The position numbers and the translations under genes are program-made. 64,000 nt of DNA from Thermoanaerobaculales bacterium (lineage in GTDB: Bacteria > Acidobacteriota > Thermoanaerobaculia > Thermoanaerobaculales > Sulfomarinibacteraceae), in assembly GCA_036351195.1 (NCBI GenBank), contig JAZBOQ010000024.1:26669-90668 (forward strand). The letters are read 5' to 3'. Below the pieces are notes generated by a model, which searched no databases, was not told where the DNA came from, and was given only the letters and a program-made list of their open reading frames with translations. This document shows, one piece after another, positions 9,801 to 19,822 of this stretch. How positions within the stretch are numbered: the first letter of the stretch is position 1; each line of letters starts with the position of its first letter.

Positions 9801-11252
9801 ATGGCAGGAACAGCGACCGACGACACTCCGAAGAACCCGCTCCGCGAGATCGTTCAACCCTTCATCGACCTGGTCCACGCACCGCGCGCGCTCTGGGGGG
9901 TCAACCTGGCCTACGTTCTCGAGGGCACCGCCTACTTCGGCGTTCTCAGCTATCTGGCCATCTACTTTTCCGACTATGTCTTTCAGGCGGTTCCAAACCC
10001 CGATGTTCCTGCGGGCCTCATGGTCGGCGTTCTCACTGCCGGAATCACCCTCTCCATGTTCTTCCTCGGCTTCGTCGCCGACAAGTTCGGCGTTCGAAGA
10101 GCCCTCATCTGGGCCTTCCTCGCCCTTCTTGCCGGCAGACTGCTGATCGCCGGCGCCGGCTATGTCTTCGAGCCCGCCGGTCTTTGGTCGACCCTCCACC
10201 TCGTCACCATGGCCGGCATCGTGTTCATCGTCATCGGCTATGGCATGTACCAGCCGGCGGCCTATACCGCGGTCAAACAATTCACCAATCCAAAAACGGC
10301 GGGAATGGCGTTCGCCATGCTCTACGCCCTGATGAACCTCGGCGGCTGGTTGCCGAGCTTCGCCTTCCTGCTGCGCGACGACGACTACCTCGGCATCGGC
10401 ATCGGCGGTGTCTTCTGGGTGTATGCGGCAATGACCGTTGCAGCACTCGTGATCACGATCGCCTTGCTCAGCAAGAAGACAGTCGCCACCGCCATCGCCA
10501 CCGCCAAGGCCGAGACCGCCGCCATCAAGGCCGAGGAGGCCGGCGAAGAGGCCCCGAGCGGGGAGACGACCGACGCCGCGCCGGCGAACGAGGACAAGCC
10601 CGAGGGTTTCGTCGCCGGCGTCAAAGACTGGATCGTCAACCACCCGTTCACCGACCTCAAGTTCACTTTTTTCATTTTCGCCCTGATCCCGGTGCAGACT
10701 CTCTTTGCCTACAACTGGCTGGTGTTGCCGGTCTACATCAACCGCTCCTATTCGGGATGGATCGGCGAGTACTTCGAGATCGCCGCCAACTTCAACCCGA
10801 TCCTGATCTTCATCTTCGCCCCGATTGTCGCGGCGCTGACCCAGAAGCGAAAGGTCTACAACATGATGATTGCCGGCACCTTCATCATGGCGGCGCCTGC
10901 CTTCTTCCTCGCCTTCGGCACCAACGGATACCTGCTCTTCGCCTACTTGCTGATCATGACCATCGGCGAGGCCATGTGGCAGCCGCGCTTCCTGCAGTAC
11001 GCCGCTGAGATTGCTCCCGAGGGGCGAACAGGGGTCTACATGGGTGTCGCCCAGTTCCCGTGGTTCCTCACCAAGCTCATCGTTCCGCTCTACTCGGGAA
11101 CGCTCATTGCCAGGTACGTACCGGCCGAAGGATTCAAGAATCCCGAGCAACTGTGGTTGATCTCGGCCTGCATCGCCATGCTGTCCACCGTCCTGCTCGT
11201 ACTGGCCAGAGGTTGGATCGGTAAGGACTTCAAAACCAAGGCCGATGACTAG
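9801..11252 (+). CDS. MFS transporter (POT/peptide-transporter-like)
   Basis: RBS AGGAGG, about 12 TM helices, GFVADKFGVRRA motif A, FAMLYALMNLGG. Confidence 0.88.
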   Translation: MAGTATDDTPKNPLREIVQPFIDLVHAPRALWGVNLAYVLEGTAYFGVLSYLAIYFSDYVFQAVPNPDVPAGLMVGVLTAGITLSMFFLGFVADKFGVRRALIWAFLALLAGRLLIAGAGYVFEPAGLWSTLHLVTMAGIVFIVIGYGMYQPAAYTAVKQFTNPKTAGMAFAMLYALMNLGGWLPSFAFLLRDDDYLGIGIGGVFWVYAAMTVAALVITIALLSKKTVATAIATAKAETAAIKAEEAGEEAPSGETTDAAPANEDKPEGFVAGVKDWIVNHPFTDLKFTFFIFALIPVQTLFAYNWLVLPVYINRSYSGWIGEYFEIAANFNPILIFIFAPIVAALTQKRKVYNMMIAGTFIMAAPAFFLAFGTNGYLLFAYLLIMTIGEAMWQPRFLQYAAEIAPEGRTGVYMGVAQFPWFLTKLIVPLYSGTLIARYVPAEGFKNPEQLWLISACIAMLSTVLLVLARGWIGKDFKTKADD

Positions 11253-11431
11253 CCCGAAGTTTTCATGAGCGATCTACTGCGGCCGACGATGCATCCGCGC
11301 CGGTCGAGTTTTCTCATCTTTGGGCGCGGAGGCATACGTGACGGTATGTTGAGCACCCAAAGATGAGAAAACTCGACTGACATCGGCGCCTCGCCGGCCT
11401 CGCGACGAAAACTCATGAATACTTCGGGCAG
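11249..11431. repeat. 183-bp palindromic MITE/REPIN-like element, copy 1
   Basis: Terminal IR GCCCGAAGT(T/A)TTCATGAG, inner 22-bp IR and 31-bp core; second copy at 48107-48289. Confidence 0.85.
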
Positions 11432-11460
11432 TTGACAGCGGCGAATTGGATTGGTAGATT
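11432..11460 (+). promoter_or_regulatory. Sigma70-type promoter of tRNA-Gly
   Basis: TTGACA-17 nt-TAGATT, 24 nt upstream of the tRNA. Confidence 0.75.
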
Positions 11461-11484
11461 CCTGGTCCCCAATACGGGGGCTGA

Positions 11485-11561
<77 letters not shown>

Positions 11562-11572
11562 GTATCGATACC

Positions 11573-11598
11573 GACCCGGCCTGACGGCCGGGTCTTTC
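11573..11598 (+). terminator. Intrinsic terminator after tRNA-Gly
   Basis: GACCCGGCC-TGAC-GGCCGGGTC followed by TTT. Confidence 0.7.
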
Positions 11599-11606
11599 GC
11601 GTCGGA

Positions 11607-12458
11607 TCAGTCCGTGCACACCGCCCGGTGGCCGACGGAGAACTGGCCCAGAGCCTGGTGCTGGACCTCGATGATGGCCGAGGGAACAAAGAGCGAATTG
11701 ACGATCAGCTCCACGACCCCGAAGTCAACATCCGGGGGCAACAGGTCGTGGACCGGGATCTTCAGCGCGTACTCGTCGGTTCGGATCTCGAAGGAGCTGA
11801 TGAACTCGCCGGCCTCCGAGTAGACGTTTCCGATGACTGTCGCCAGATCTGCGGGCTGGCTTCCCTGGGGACCGTTGACCATCATGGTCAGCACGGTGCC
11901 GCCGTCTCCGGCGAAGCGGAGGAACCTGGCGCTCCACCTGGTGCAGAAGTCGTCGAGAATGAAGCCGTTCCCACCCACCGCGAAGGCATTTTCCGTGTCC
12001 ATCTGGAAATAATCCACGCTGACGTCGCTCAACGCGGTCATTCGCAGAAAGCCCCGCGTGTAGCCGTCCAAATCCATGGGCAGGTTCGGCACGTGCTTGA
12101 CCGCGACGGTCTGAACCTCCCGCGGCTCGAGGTCGTAGGTCTCGGTGGTCTGCAGCTCGAAGGAGACGTTGAAGAACTCCACCTGAACCCGAGTCGGCAG
12201 CCCCGCTTGGTTGCGGATGGCGAAGTAGGTGGACTCACCGTCGTGGAGCCGGTCGGCCTCGTAATAGGGAATGAACCACTGGCCCTGGGCGGGCCGGTTG
12301 CCCTTGCGATCGGCAACGACGAGACCGCCCGCCTCCCGAGCACCGCTGTCGAGGGCGGGAAGCGCCGCCGGTTGCTCGTTGATGTCAACGACCACGGATG
12401 CATTTGCGACGCCCGCGACCACCAGCGCGACCGCCAGAAAACGTCCTCGATACCTCAT
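11607..12458 (-). CDS. Hypothetical secreted beta-rich protein
   Basis: Signal peptide MRYRGRFLAVALVVAGVANA; RBS GGAGAG; coding-like codon bias. Confidence 0.75.
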   Translation of the reverse strand: MRYRGRFLAVALVVAGVANASVVVDINEQPAALPALDSGAREAGGLVVADRKGNRPAQGQWFIPYYEADRLHDGESTYFAIRNQAGLPTRVQVEFFNVSFELQTTETYDLEPREVQTVAVKHVPNLPMDLDGYTRGFLRMTALSDVSVDYFQMDTENAFAVGGNGFILDDFCTRWSARFLRFAGDGGTVLTMMVNGPQGSQPADLATVIGNVYSEAGEFISSFEIRTDEYALKIPVHDLLPPDVDFGVVELIVNSLFVPSAIIEVQHQALGQFSVGHRAVCTD

Positions 12459-12504
12459 TGTCACTCTCCTCGGCCCGACGGGCCTCGTGCTGTCGCCACA
12501 ACGG

Positions 12505-12996
12505 TCATCGGACGGAAACACCTCGATCTTTCAACACCGAAAACACCTGCTTCTGATCCGCCTTCTCCACCCGAACCTCGCCCGAGACCTCATCGGTCAA
12601 GTGGAGCTTCCAGAACCGCCGCACCGGGTTGGTCTCGGTGAGTGGTTTGAAGAACGTGAAACCGAAGCGAATCGGAACGATATGACTCAACTCGTCGATC
12701 CGGAAGACCTCGCCGAATTCCTGGGGATCGTCGTTGTCGAGGCGGCGTTTCTCCATCGCGCGCTCGGTCAACCGGTACTCCCAGCGGTTGAGAACCATCG
12801 GAACGAGAGAAATGACGTAGCCGAAGGCGCCCACGCACAGCGCCAACACTCCCGCCATTGAGTGAAAAACGAAGTGGGCCAGCCCGATCATCGCAAGGAA
12901 AACCACAGCGACCCAGAGCAGAATGATCGGATGCATCTTGCGCGCGGTCCATCGGCAGAGAGCCTCGGAGTCTTCACCCACGACATCCCTCCTCAT
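12505..12996 (-). CDS. Hypothetical protein with two TM helices
   Basis: MRRDVVGED... two hydrophobic helices, then a soluble domain. The longer ORF-track N-terminus runs through repeats and is rejected. Confidence 0.65.
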   Translation of the reverse strand: MRRDVVGEDSEALCRWTARKMHPIILLWVAVVFLAMIGLAHFVFHSMAGVLALCVGAFGYVISLVPMVLNRWEYRLTERAMEKRRLDNDDPQEFGEVFRIDELSHIVPIRFGFTFFKPLTETNPVRRFWKLHLTDEVSGEVRVEKADQKQVFSVLKDRGVSVR

Positions 12997-13133
12997 ATCA
13001 GCCCGTTCATCCGTCGAACCCTGTCGAGCCTTTGAGTGATCTTCGACGGCCTGCGGAAGTGGCACTCCTCCACCTCGGACTTCTTGCCGAGAAGATAGCG
13101 GCCGAACCGGCGGATCTCGTCGAATACTCTCAC
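12993..13133 (-). CDS. Possible 46-aa small protein
   Basis: GTG start VRVFDEIRRFGRYLLGKKSEVEECHFRRPSK...; its TGA overlaps the next ATG (ATGA). Confidence 0.3.
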   Translation of the reverse strand: MRVFDEIRRFGRYLLGKKSEVEECHFRRPSKITQRLDRVRRMNGLI

Positions 13134-13279
13134 GGTGGCGCCCCCATGCTATCAGTGGCCGATCCGCGGTTGTTGCGGTGGGCTGGTTTGAGCGATCGAT
13201 CCCGATCCCGTTCCCGATGCGATGTCCGCGTCCGCGTCCGCGTCCGCGGCAGGCGGCGACCACGTCACCAGGCACCCGC

Positions 13280-13375
13280 GGTGGGCCAAGGCCCACCCAC
13301 CCGGTCACCCGACCCGGATCAGGACACCCTCGGAGACTCCAGCGCCGTAGGGTGGGCCTTGGCCCACCAGATCGC
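13280..13375. repeat. Inverted pair of GTAG-type REP sequences
   Basis: GGTGGGCCAAGGCCCACC...GTAGGGTGGGCCTTGGCCCACCAGATCGC; also at 41267 and 44963. Confidence 0.85.
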
Positions 13376-13548
13376 GTTCCGGGTTCCCTCCTCCAGGTCA
13401 GAAGCGGGCCGTCGTCCCGGGCACGCTCCCGCACACCGACGACGCACCAGATTCCCACCACGACTCAATGCCCAGCTACAGGCTTCGCTTTCAGCTTCGC
13501 CCGGCCACGGGAGCTCGGCGGTTCAATCGAAGGCCGTGAACCCGGTCC

Positions 13549-13577
13549 TTGACCGTCAAGGGACCCTGGCATAGAAT
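13549..13577 (+). promoter_or_regulatory. Sigma70-type promoter of tRNA-Cys
   Basis: TTGACC-17 nt-TAGAAT. Confidence 0.75.
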
Positions 13578-13589
13578 GCCGCTCCCTGA

Positions 13590-13663
13590 GGCGACGTCGC
13601 CAAGTGGTAAGGCAGGGGCCTGCAAAGCCCTTATCCCCGGTTCGAATCCGGGCGTCGCCTCCA
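13590..13663 (+). tRNA. tRNA-Cys (GCA)
   Basis: GGCGACG...CGTCGCC acceptor stem, CTGCAAA anticodon loop, GTTCGAATC, encoded CCA. Confidence 0.97.
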
Positions 13664-13676
13664 AACTCAGACACAG

Positions 13677-13705
13677 AAAAACCCGCCCGATTGGGCGGGT
13701 TTCTT
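13677..13705. terminator. Bidirectional intrinsic terminator
   Basis: AAAAACCCGCCC-GATT-GGGCGGGTTTCTT between the convergent tRNA-Cys and S1 genes. Confidence 0.8.
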
Positions 13706-13725
13706 GATCTGAGTCGTGTCCGACG

Positions 13726-15276
13726 CTACTCGGCATCTTCGGCTTTGGTCTTTGCCTTGGGTTTCGCCTTGGGTTTCGCCTTGGGCTTTGCCTTGGTCTC
13801 TGCTTTGGGCTTCGCCTTGGCCTTCGGTTTGGCCTTCGCCTTGGTCGCCTTCTTGGCCGGCTTCTTCTTCTCGGTGATCGGCTTGAGGGCCGCTTGGAGC
13901 TGGGCCCCGAACCCGGTCATCGCGGTCTCGGAGCTTCCCTTGTCCATGTAGCCGGCGTACTCCGCCCGTTCCTGATCGCGTTTGTAGGCGCGAACCGAGA
14001 GACTGATCCTCTGCCGGCCGGCATCAAGGGCCATGAGCTTGACCTTGATCTTCTCGCCCGGAGGATAGACCGTCCGCGGATCGGTATCGCGCTCGACACC
14101 GAGCTCGGAAATGGGGATCAGGCCGCTCAGACCCGGCTCCAGCTCGACGAAGACTCCGAAGTCGGCCCCGTTTTCGACCACTCCCTCCACCACCTGACCT
14201 TCCTGGTACCGCATCTCGATACGCTCCCAGGGGTCGCGATCCGGGAGGCGCCGCATGGTGAGTCCGATTCGGTGGTTGCTGACGTCCACGTCGCGGATCC
14301 AACCCTGGACCGTTGAACCCACGGCCAACTCCTCCGAGCTCAGCTCGACACCGGGGGGAAGCTGGGACACGTGAAGCAAGCCGTCGAGGCCTGGTTCGAG
14401 CTCGACGAAAACCCCGAAATCGGTCGCCCGGACCACGGTCCCCGAAAACGCGGTGCGGGAGGGGAATCGTTCTTCGACGTCGTCCCACGGGTTCTTCTGG
14501 AGCTGCTTCATGCTCAGCGAGATACGGTTCTTCTCACGATCGAGGTCGAGGACCTTGACCTCGACCTGCTGTCCCAAGGTCAACACGTCGGAGGGTTTGT
14601 TCACCCGGTGGTGGGCGATCTCGGTCACGTGCACCAGACCGTCCACTCCGCCCAGATCGACGAAGGCGCCGAAGTCGGTCAACGAACCCACCGTCCCTTC
14701 GAGCACCGCACCCACCTCGAGCTTCTCCCACGCCTCGGCACGGAGCTTCTCCTTCTCCGCGCGAATGAGGGCGGCGCGGGATACCACCAGCTTGCGCTTC
14801 TCGCCGTCGAACTCGAGGACCTTGAAGTCATAGGTCTGGCCCAGATGGCTGTCGAGATCCTCGCCGCGGATGTCGGAGATCTGCGACATGGGACAAAAGC
14901 CCCGCACCCCCGCGATGGTGATGTCGAAACCACCCTTGCGCCGGCCCACGACCTTGCCTTCCATCGCTTCGCCGCTCTCCACGGCCTCGGCGAGCTTCTC
15001 CTTGAGCTGGAACTCGAGGGCCTGGCGGCGGGAGACGCGGATCTCTTCGCCCACCGAGGTCACGACCACCTCCACGGGGTCACCCGTACCGAGGTCCTCC
15101 AGCTCATCCCGGGGCAGCACGGCCTCGGACTTGCCGGCGATGTCCACCAGGGCGACGTCGCCGTGGACGGCGACGATGGTGCCCTCGATGAGGTCGCCGA
15201 CCTTTGCGGTTTCGGCGTCCAGGCTCTCCTGAAGCGCCAGCTCGAACTCGTTGGGGACGTGGGTTTCTTCGGTCAT
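13726..15276 (-). CDS. 30S ribosomal protein S1-like protein (five S1 domains, Lys/Ala-rich tail)
   Basis: Repeated DFGAFVDLGGVDGLVHVTEI / DFGVFVELEPGLDGLLHVSQ motifs; C-terminal PKAKAK repeats. Could be rpsA or a paralog. Confidence 0.88.
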   Translation of the reverse strand: MTEETHVPNEFELALQESLDAETAKVGDLIEGTIVAVHGDVALVDIAGKSEAVLPRDELEDLGTGDPVEVVVTSVGEEIRVSRRQALEFQLKEKLAEAVESGEAMEGKVVGRRKGGFDITIAGVRGFCPMSQISDIRGEDLDSHLGQTYDFKVLEFDGEKRKLVVSRAALIRAEKEKLRAEAWEKLEVGAVLEGTVGSLTDFGAFVDLGGVDGLVHVTEIAHHRVNKPSDVLTLGQQVEVKVLDLDREKNRISLSMKQLQKNPWDDVEERFPSRTAFSGTVVRATDFGVFVELEPGLDGLLHVSQLPPGVELSSEELAVGSTVQGWIRDVDVSNHRIGLTMRRLPDRDPWERIEMRYQEGQVVEGVVENGADFGVFVELEPGLSGLIPISELGVERDTDPRTVYPPGEKIKVKLMALDAGRQRISLSVRAYKRDQERAEYAGYMDKGSSETAMTGFGAQLQAALKPITEKKKPAKKATKAKAKPKAKAKPKAETKAKPKAKPKAKPKAKTKAEDAE

Positions 15277-15525
15277 GGCAGGCCTCGTACTCGCTACCGC
15301 GCCGTTGCGCACGGGCCCGAAAGAATACCACAGGATTGACGGCCGGGCGCAATTATGAATTATGACCTCAAGGCGCTCCCACCGGCAGCCAGGATGCCTG
15401 CCGCTACAAAACGGATCAATCATGAAGCAATATCGAGCTTGAGCGGAACCACATCCAAGCCGCGACACTTGCGATGGGATTCATAACTCATAACTCAAAA
15501 CTCATCATTCCGGCAGGCGACCGGC

Positions 15526-16818
15526 TCAGCCCTTCGCCTGCCAGACGATCCTGCCGCCGACGATCGTCGCCACCGGGGCGCCCTTGATCCTCCGGCCAGC
15601 GAACGGCGTGTTGGCCGCCTTGGACTGGAATGCGGCGGGATCGACCACCCACGGCTTCCCGAGGTCGAGAAGGGTGAGGTCCGCCGTTTCGCCTTCCCCG
15701 AGGGTGCCGCCGGGCAGGTTGAAGGCCTCAGCCGGTCCGGTGGAGAAGAGACGGACAAGTTGGTCGGCCCCGATGACGCCGCCGTGCACCAGGCGGTCGA
15801 TGGCGAGGCCCACCGCGGTCTCGAGACCTACAACCCCGAAGGGCGCGTCGCCGAAGTCCAGTTCCTTCTCGTCGGCGTGGTGGGGCGAGTGATCGGTGGC
15901 GATGGCGTCCACCGTGCCGTCCGCGATCGCCTGGATCACCCCTTTCACGTCCTCCGGCGTCCGCAAAGGCGGGTAGGTCTTCCAGTTGGGATCGTAGTTC
16001 GCCGACGCCACATCTTCGTCGCTGAGCACGAAGTGGTGCGGGGTCACGTCGCAACTGACCTCGAATCCCTTTTTCTTGGCGTTCCGAACCAGGTCGAGCC
16101 CGGTGGTGGTGGAGAGACAGCAGAGGTGGAGCCTGCCTCCCACCGACTCGGCGATGAGGATGTCCCTCGCAACCATGATGTCCTCGGCCGCGGCGGGCAG
16201 CCCCCGAAGCCCGATGCGGGTCGAGACGGTGCCCTCGTTCATGGTTCCGTTGTCGGCAAGATCGAGGTCTTTGGCCAACGAGACCACCGGTACGTCGAAG
16301 CTCCGCGCGTACTCCATCACCCGGCGCAGCAGAAGCGGGCTCTCCACCGGACGGTCGGCGTCCGAAACCGCGACAGCACCTTCCTCGACCATTTCGCCGA
16401 TCTCGGCCAGGGCGTCGCCCACCCGCCCCTTCGAAACGGCGCCTACAGGGTACAACCGGGACCCGCCCACCGCGGCGGCTTTGGCGAGGATGTACCGGGT
16501 CACCGAGGGGTCATCATCCACCGGATCGGTGTCGGCCATGGCGCAGACCGCGGTGAAACCGCCGGCCGCCGCCGCACGAAGCCCCGTGGTGATGGTTTCC
16601 TTGTACTCGTACCCGGGCTCGCGAAGGTGGGTGTGAAGGTCGATGAAGCCGGGAGCCACCACCAGACCACCGGCATCGAGGACCGGCGTGTCGCCCGCGA
16701 CCTCGAGCTTTTCGCCCAGGCCGGCGATACAACCGTCCTCGATGAGGAGGTCCATGCCTTCGTCGAGACCCTGGGACGGGTCGATCACGCGTCCGTTACG
16801 AATCAGAAGCCGAGTCAC
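15526..16818 (-). CDS. pyrC: Dihydroorotase-family protein (possibly inactive PyrC')
   Basis: [25 protein letters not shown]; follows pyrB. Two His ligands are substituted (see findings). Confidence 0.88.
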   Translation of the reverse strand: MTRLLIRNGRVIDPSQGLDEGMDLLIEDGCIAGLGEKLEVAGDTPVLDAGGLVVAPGFIDLHTHLREPGYEYKETITTGLRAAAAGGFTAVCAMADTDPVDDDPSVTRYILAKAAAVGGSRLYPVGAVSKGRVGDALAEIGEMVEEGAVAVSDADRPVESPLLLRRVMEYARSFDVPVVSLAKDLDLADNGTMNEGTVSTRIGLRGLPAAAEDIMVARDILIAESVGGRLHLCCLSTTTGLDLVRNAKKKGFEVSCDVTPHHFVLSDEDVASANYDPNWKTYPPLRTPEDVKGVIQAIADGTVDAIATDHSPHHADEKELDFGDAPFGVVGLETAVGLAIDRLVHGGVIGADQLVRLFSTGPAEAFNLPGGTLGEGETADLTLLDLGKPWVVDPAAFQSKAANTPFAGRRIKGAPVATIVGGRIVWQAKG

Positions 16819-17755
16819 TGCGTCCTCCGGCAAGCAAATAGAGAATGGCCATGCGGATGGCAACCCCGTTGGTCACCTGTTCGAGGATCACCGATTGACG
16901 GCCGTCAGCCACCGGAGAGTCGATCTCCACTCCGCGGTTCATGGGGCCCGGGTGCATCACGGTGGCATCCGGCGCAGCGAGGGCGAGGCGCTCCTCGGTG
17001 AGGGCGAAAAAGTCGAAGTACTCGCGCATGGACGGGAAGTTGATCTTCTTCTGCCGCTCGAGCTGGATACGGAGCATCATCACCACATCAGCCCCTTCCA
17101 GGGCCGGTTCCAGGCGGCGGAAAGCCTTGACGCCGAGGCTCTCCACGTCCACCGGCAGTAGAGAGGCCGGCGCCACGAAACGCACCTCGGCGCCCATCCT
17201 GGTCAGCAGGAACGCGTTGGACCGCGCCACCCGCGAGTGGCGGATGTCACCCGCGATCACGACGTTGAGGCCGTCGAGCCGACCGCGATGGCGCCGCATG
17301 GTGAAGGCGTCGAGCAGCGCCTGGGTGGGATGCTCGTTGATCCCGTCTCCGGCGTTGATGATGGAAGCGGGAACCTCCTGCGCCAGCCGGTGGGGCGCGC
17401 CGGAGTTGGGGTGACGGATGACGATGAAGTCCGGCGCCATGGCCATGAGGTTCCGGGCGGTGTCGAAGAGGGTCTCGCCCTTGGTCACCGACGAGGCCGA
17501 GGCCGAGAAGTTCAGGGTGTCCGCCGACAGGCGCTTCTCAGCGACCTCGAAGGAGAAGCGGGTCCGCGTCGACGGCTCCATGAAGAGGTTGACCACGGTC
17601 ATGCCGCGCAGCGCCGGGACCTTCTTGATGGGTCGCCGCGCGACCTCGAGAAGCTCTTCGGCGGTGTCGAGGATGAGCTGGATCTCGCCCGGTTCCAGCG
17701 GCGCGATCCCGACCAGGTCCTTGCAGGAGAGCCTTTCGGTCCGATCATCCGCCAT
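16796..17755 (-). CDS. pyrB: Aspartate carbamoyltransferase catalytic subunit
   Basis: [54 protein letters not shown]. Confidence 0.96.
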   Translation of the reverse strand: MADDRTERLSCKDLVGIAPLEPGEIQLILDTAEELLEVARRPIKKVPALRGMTVVNLFMEPSTRTRFSFEVAEKRLSADTLNFSASASSVTKGETLFDTARNLMAMAPDFIVIRHPNSGAPHRLAQEVPASIINAGDGINEHPTQALLDAFTMRRHRGRLDGLNVVIAGDIRHSRVARSNAFLLTRMGAEVRFVAPASLLPVDVESLGVKAFRRLEPALEGADVVMMLRIQLERQKKINFPSMREYFDFFALTEERLALAAPDATVMHPGPMNRGVEIDSPVADGRQSVILEQVTNGVAIRMAILYLLAGGRSDSASDS

Positions 17756-18323
17756 CCGGGACCTCCCTTCCGAGCCAGACGCCGTCTCTGTCGTCCGCCG
17801 GCCGCAGGCGAACCTGGACGTCCTCGCGCCGTGAGGTGGCGACGACCCGGCCGATGACGTTTGCCGCCACCGGAAGCTCCCGGTGGCCGCGATCGATCAG
17901 GACCGCAAGCCGGATGGCCTTCGGCCGGCCCCAGTCGATCAGGGTGTCGAGAGCCGCCCGCGTGGTCCGCCCCGTGTAGAGCACATCGTCCACGAGGTAG
18001 ACCACCACGTCGTCGATGGAGATGGGCAGCACCGTCTCGCGGAGCACCGGCTGGGTGTGGGCCGGACGCCACGGGCCGATGTCGTCCCGGTACAGAGTGA
18101 TGTCGAGCCGGCCCACCACCGGCCGCGATCCCGAGAGCTCCTCGAGCCGGTCGGCGAGTCGATCGGCGAGGGGCACCCCGCGGGTGTGGATGCCCACGAG
18201 CATCACGTCTTCGCCGTCGTTCTCCACGATCTCCGCCGCCATGCGGGCCACGGATCGCTTCACCGCGGCCTCGTTCATGATCTGAATCATCGCCGCGGGT
18301 TGTTCCTGGTCCTCAGCTGCCAT
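17745..18323 (-). CDS. pyrR: Bifunctional pyr attenuation regulator / uracil PRTase
   Basis: [43 protein letters not shown]. Confidence 0.95.
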   Translation of the reverse strand: MAAEDQEQPAAMIQIMNEAAVKRSVARMAAEIVENDGEDVMLVGIHTRGVPLADRLADRLEELSGSRPVVGRLDITLYRDDIGPWRPAHTQPVLRETVLPISIDDVVVYLVDDVLYTGRTTRAALDTLIDWGRPKAIRLAVLIDRGHRELPVAANVIGRVVATSRREDVQVRLRPADDRDGVWLGREVPDGG

Positions 18324-18338
18324 GACAGCTCCTTCGAC

Positions 18339-18368
18339 AAAAAAAACCTCCCTGACCGGGAGGGGGTT
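18339..18368 (-). terminator. Leader terminator (attenuator) upstream of pyrR
   Basis: On the minus strand CCTCCC-GGTCA-GGGAGG plus an 8-nt T run, ending 15 nt before the pyrR start. Confidence 0.7.
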
Positions 18369-18454
18369 GATCGACGATTCCTGTACCGACTTCCATCGGG
18401 AGTGCATGGTAGCACAGGCGCAGACACCGGCGTGGGAGGGTATATTCCTTGTCG

Positions 18455-19321
18455 ATGACCACTTCCTCACCCGGCGCCGACCGGCTGCTCATCCTCATCA
18501 CCGCGATCCTCTTCTCTACCGGAGGGGCGGCCGTCAAGGCGACGACCCTGACGGCCTGGCAGGTCGCAGGCTTCCGGGCTGCGGTGGCGGCGCTCGCGAT
18601 TCTCGTTCTCGTGCCCGAAGCCCGGAGGGGCTGGTCGAGAGCGACCTTCGCGGTGGGCTCCGCCTTCGCCGCCACCACCATCCTGTTCGTCTTCGCCAAC
18701 AAGCTCACCACCGCCGCAAACGCGATCTTCCTCCAGGGAACGGCGCCGTTGTACGTCGTGCTGCTCAGCCCGTTGATGCTCGGCGAGAAGATCCGCCGGC
18801 GACAGCTCGTCACCATGGCCGTCATCGCGGTGGGCATGGTCTTCTTCTTCGTCGGCCGTCAACCGGTGAGCGTGATTGCCGCCGATCCGGTGACCGGCAA
18901 TCTCCTGGCCGCGGCATCGGGCCTCAGCTACGCCCTGCTCATCATCGGTCTGCGCCGGCTGGGCAGCGGGCCGAGAGATTCCGGCACCACGATGACCGCC
19001 GTGTGCTGCGGCAATCTCATCGCCGCTGCCGTGGCCATGCCCATGGCCCTCCCGGTGGCCTCGGCCACCACCACCGACTGGACCGCCGTTCTCTACCTCG
19101 GCCTGTTCCAGATCGGCCTCGCCTACGTGCTCCTGGTTCGCGGCATCGCCCGAGTGCCCGCCCTCGAAGCGTCACTCATCCTCATCATCGAGCCGGTGCT
19201 CAGTCCGTTCTGGGCGTGGCTGGTTCACGGCGAAGCGCCCACGGCGTGGTCCGTCCTCGGTGGCGTTGTCATCTTGAGCGCTACGGCGGTGATGACACTG
19301 ACGAATGAAAAGAGGGCCTGA
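18455..19321 (+). CDS. EamA/DMT-family transporter
   Basis: FVFANKLTTAANAIFLQGTAPLYV and IEPVLSPFWAWLVHGE motifs. Confidence 0.9.
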   Translation: MTTSSPGADRLLILITAILFSTGGAAVKATTLTAWQVAGFRAAVAALAILVLVPEARRGWSRATFAVGSAFAATTILFVFANKLTTAANAIFLQGTAPLYVVLLSPLMLGEKIRRRQLVTMAVIAVGMVFFFVGRQPVSVIAADPVTGNLLAAASGLSYALLIIGLRRLGSGPRDSGTTMTAVCCGNLIAAAVAMPMALPVASATTTDWTAVLYLGLFQIGLAYVLLVRGIARVPALEASLILIIEPVLSPFWAWLVHGEAPTAWSVLGGVVILSATAVMTLTNEKRA

Positions 19322-19339
19322 TCCGCGCCTCGTCAACCC

Positions 19340-19790
19340 GAGCGCGCACATTCGCGTTACCGGCGGACCTGCCATGTTCACACTTTTCGAACCCTGTCGT
19401 TCCGGTCGATTCGTGCGCTCCGAAACGTGTGAACGTGGCGATCCCGTGCCCAACCGTCGCAAGCAGCTGTTTCGGCAGTGAGGTAGGTCGCCGCTCGCCC
19501 GAGTAGGGCCGGCGTTGCTCTACCGGGCGCCACTGCTGACCGCCCTGATCGGGCAACGCTGACCCGCTTCCGCCGTTCTGGCGGATGTTGGTCAGAATGC
19601 CGGGGTTGCGGGGGCCGACCGCATCCGTATCCGTTTCCGTTTCCGTATCCGTGGCCGGCGACCGTGGCCGATGACCGTGGCAGTGACAGTGGCCGTGACA
19701 GTGGCCGATCCCGATCCCGATGCGATGGCCGCGTCCGCGTCCGTGCCCGCGTCCGTGACAACGTCAGTGTGACAGCGTCCGAGTGAACGG
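19340..19790. repeat. Mosaic intergenic repeat plus hexamer tandem arrays
   Basis: Similar to 45330-45720; (A/T)TCCGT, GATCCC and GTCCGC tandem units. Confidence 0.65.
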
Positions 19791-19822
19791 TCACCCGCGT
19801 GGGCAGGCGACGTCCAGGTCCC

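Noticed and set aside
11249-11431. Integron attC site or complete IS
   Set aside because: No RYYYAAC/GTTRRRY ends, no cassette array, and no integrase or transposase ORF.
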